This document shows positions 62,944 to 64,000 of a stretch of DNA of 64,000 nucleotides, piece by piece (positions within the stretch are counted from its first letter, which is position 1; each line of letters begins with the position of its first letter). The stretch is from contig NC_088857.1 of the NCBI RefSeq assembly GCF_963853765.1, positions 42,532,001-42,596,000 on the forward strand, given 5' to 3'. Below the pieces are notes generated by a model. That model did no database searches. It was not told the DNA's origin and saw only the letters and a list, made by a program, of their open reading frames with translations. The stretch is from Magallana gigas. Lineage: Eukaryota. The translations under genes were made by a program, and so were the position numbers.

Positions 62944-63419
62944 AACAAAAAAAAAAACCCAAAAAACTATCAAGATATAAGGAACTTAACTTCATTTTTA
63001 ATTTTGACATTGAAACTTTGTTCAAAATCAAGGTCACTTTACTATGGTTCTCTTTGGTTGAAGTATGAATCAAATAAAACAAACAAAGTATGCTAAAAAA
63101 TGATTTTGCACAGAAATTTGCTTTGACTTTAACATGTTTACTAACAGATAGTTTAAGGTTAAGCCCAAGTATGAAGGGAGAGAAAATTGTTTCAAAGGAT
63201 AAGGATTTTACTTTGAGATCTGCTTTGACCTTGACCTCTGACCAAAAACTGACATGTAACCTTAAAAATTGATACAAGTCCTCATAAAGAAATGATAACT
63301 AGGTACAAATTATACCCCTATAATAGTGAATGAGTTTACCTGGATAAGTTTTTAAGCATTATACAATGTGCGTATGGGTCAATGTCAAGGCCAGAAATTA
63401 GTCCTGACTTTTACCCCTT

Positions 63420-63630
63420 TCTATTTGTAACCAGTAACATTGGTTACTGAATGATTTACAAACCTTGGTGTCCTTATGAAAGGTTACAGTGGTTACTGGT
63501 AACATTGGTTACAAATTTGTTTCGGTTAGGATTAGGGTTAGGTTTGGTGTTATGGTAAGTTAGGGTCTGATTAGAGTTAGTTTAGGGTTAGGATTAGGGT
63601 TCATATAGGGCTAGGGTAACCATTGTAATC
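63420..63630. repeat. Degenerate TTAGGG-like tract flanked by short palindromic gtaacc/ggttac motifs (probably part of a transposon)
   Basis: ttaggattagggttaggtttgg..gttagggtctgattagagttagtttagggttaggattagggtt..gggctaggg (about 63525-63617). gtaaccagtaacattggttac motifs lie upstream. Confidence 0.55.
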
Positions 63631-64000
63631 AATGTGACCAAGTAAAATAAGCCCCTGTGTAAATCAAGAAAATTACTGTCACTACTGTTACCCTAATGTC
63701 ACAAAGAGAATATAGCTGTAGCCAAGACCTCCTGCTTAACAGAAAAAGGCTTGTCACCTATGTTACCTTTTGTCACCAAGAGAATACAGTTGTAACCACT
63801 GTACCACTGTATTACCAAATAAAATAAAACTCCCTGCTAAACTGAGCGAGGAAAAGACTAAAACTTAAAGCTTGTAAATCAAGCAATGTATTTTGATTTC
63901 ATAGTGCATTCGTCCTTCTATTGCATATATATATCATGCTATAGCTAAAACATGCAACTTATTTATGTTAACATGCAACTTCTTTATGTAGACATGCAAC

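Overview
Eukaryotic, AT-rich, intron-containing genomic DNA. The gene and repeat content is consistent with a bivalve such as an oyster (inference). There are two N gaps (36306-36433, 60407-60760). By chaining splice sites and phases by hand I reconstructed ten protein-coding genes: a multi-pass membrane protein (+), a large atypical cadherin with at least 26 exons (-), two tandem sterol desaturase-like paralogs (-), an orphan coiled-coil gene (-), an SLC3A/rBAT-like heavy chain (+), a RING-less B-box/NHL TRIM-like gene (-), mitochondrial SHMT (+), GATAD1 (-) and a partial FMC1 (-). Introns and intergenic DNA carry many TTAA-flanked MITEs, Helentron-like non-autonomous elements with internal tandem arrays, foldback repeats and a 24-bp minisatellite. 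The most interesting observations are these. (1) Three tandem hairpins downstream of the intact desaturase show kink-turn/SECIS-like cores and compensatory base changes. (2) The neighbouring desaturase paralog keeps every reading frame and splice phase but has lost three metal-ligand histidines, so it is a probable pseudoenzyme. (3) The cadherin has an N-terminal Cys-rich EGF/EB-like module and a PxxDY-terminated tail. No prokaryotic features, CRISPR arrays, tRNA or rRNA were seen. All coordinates were counted manually, and nothing was checked against a database.
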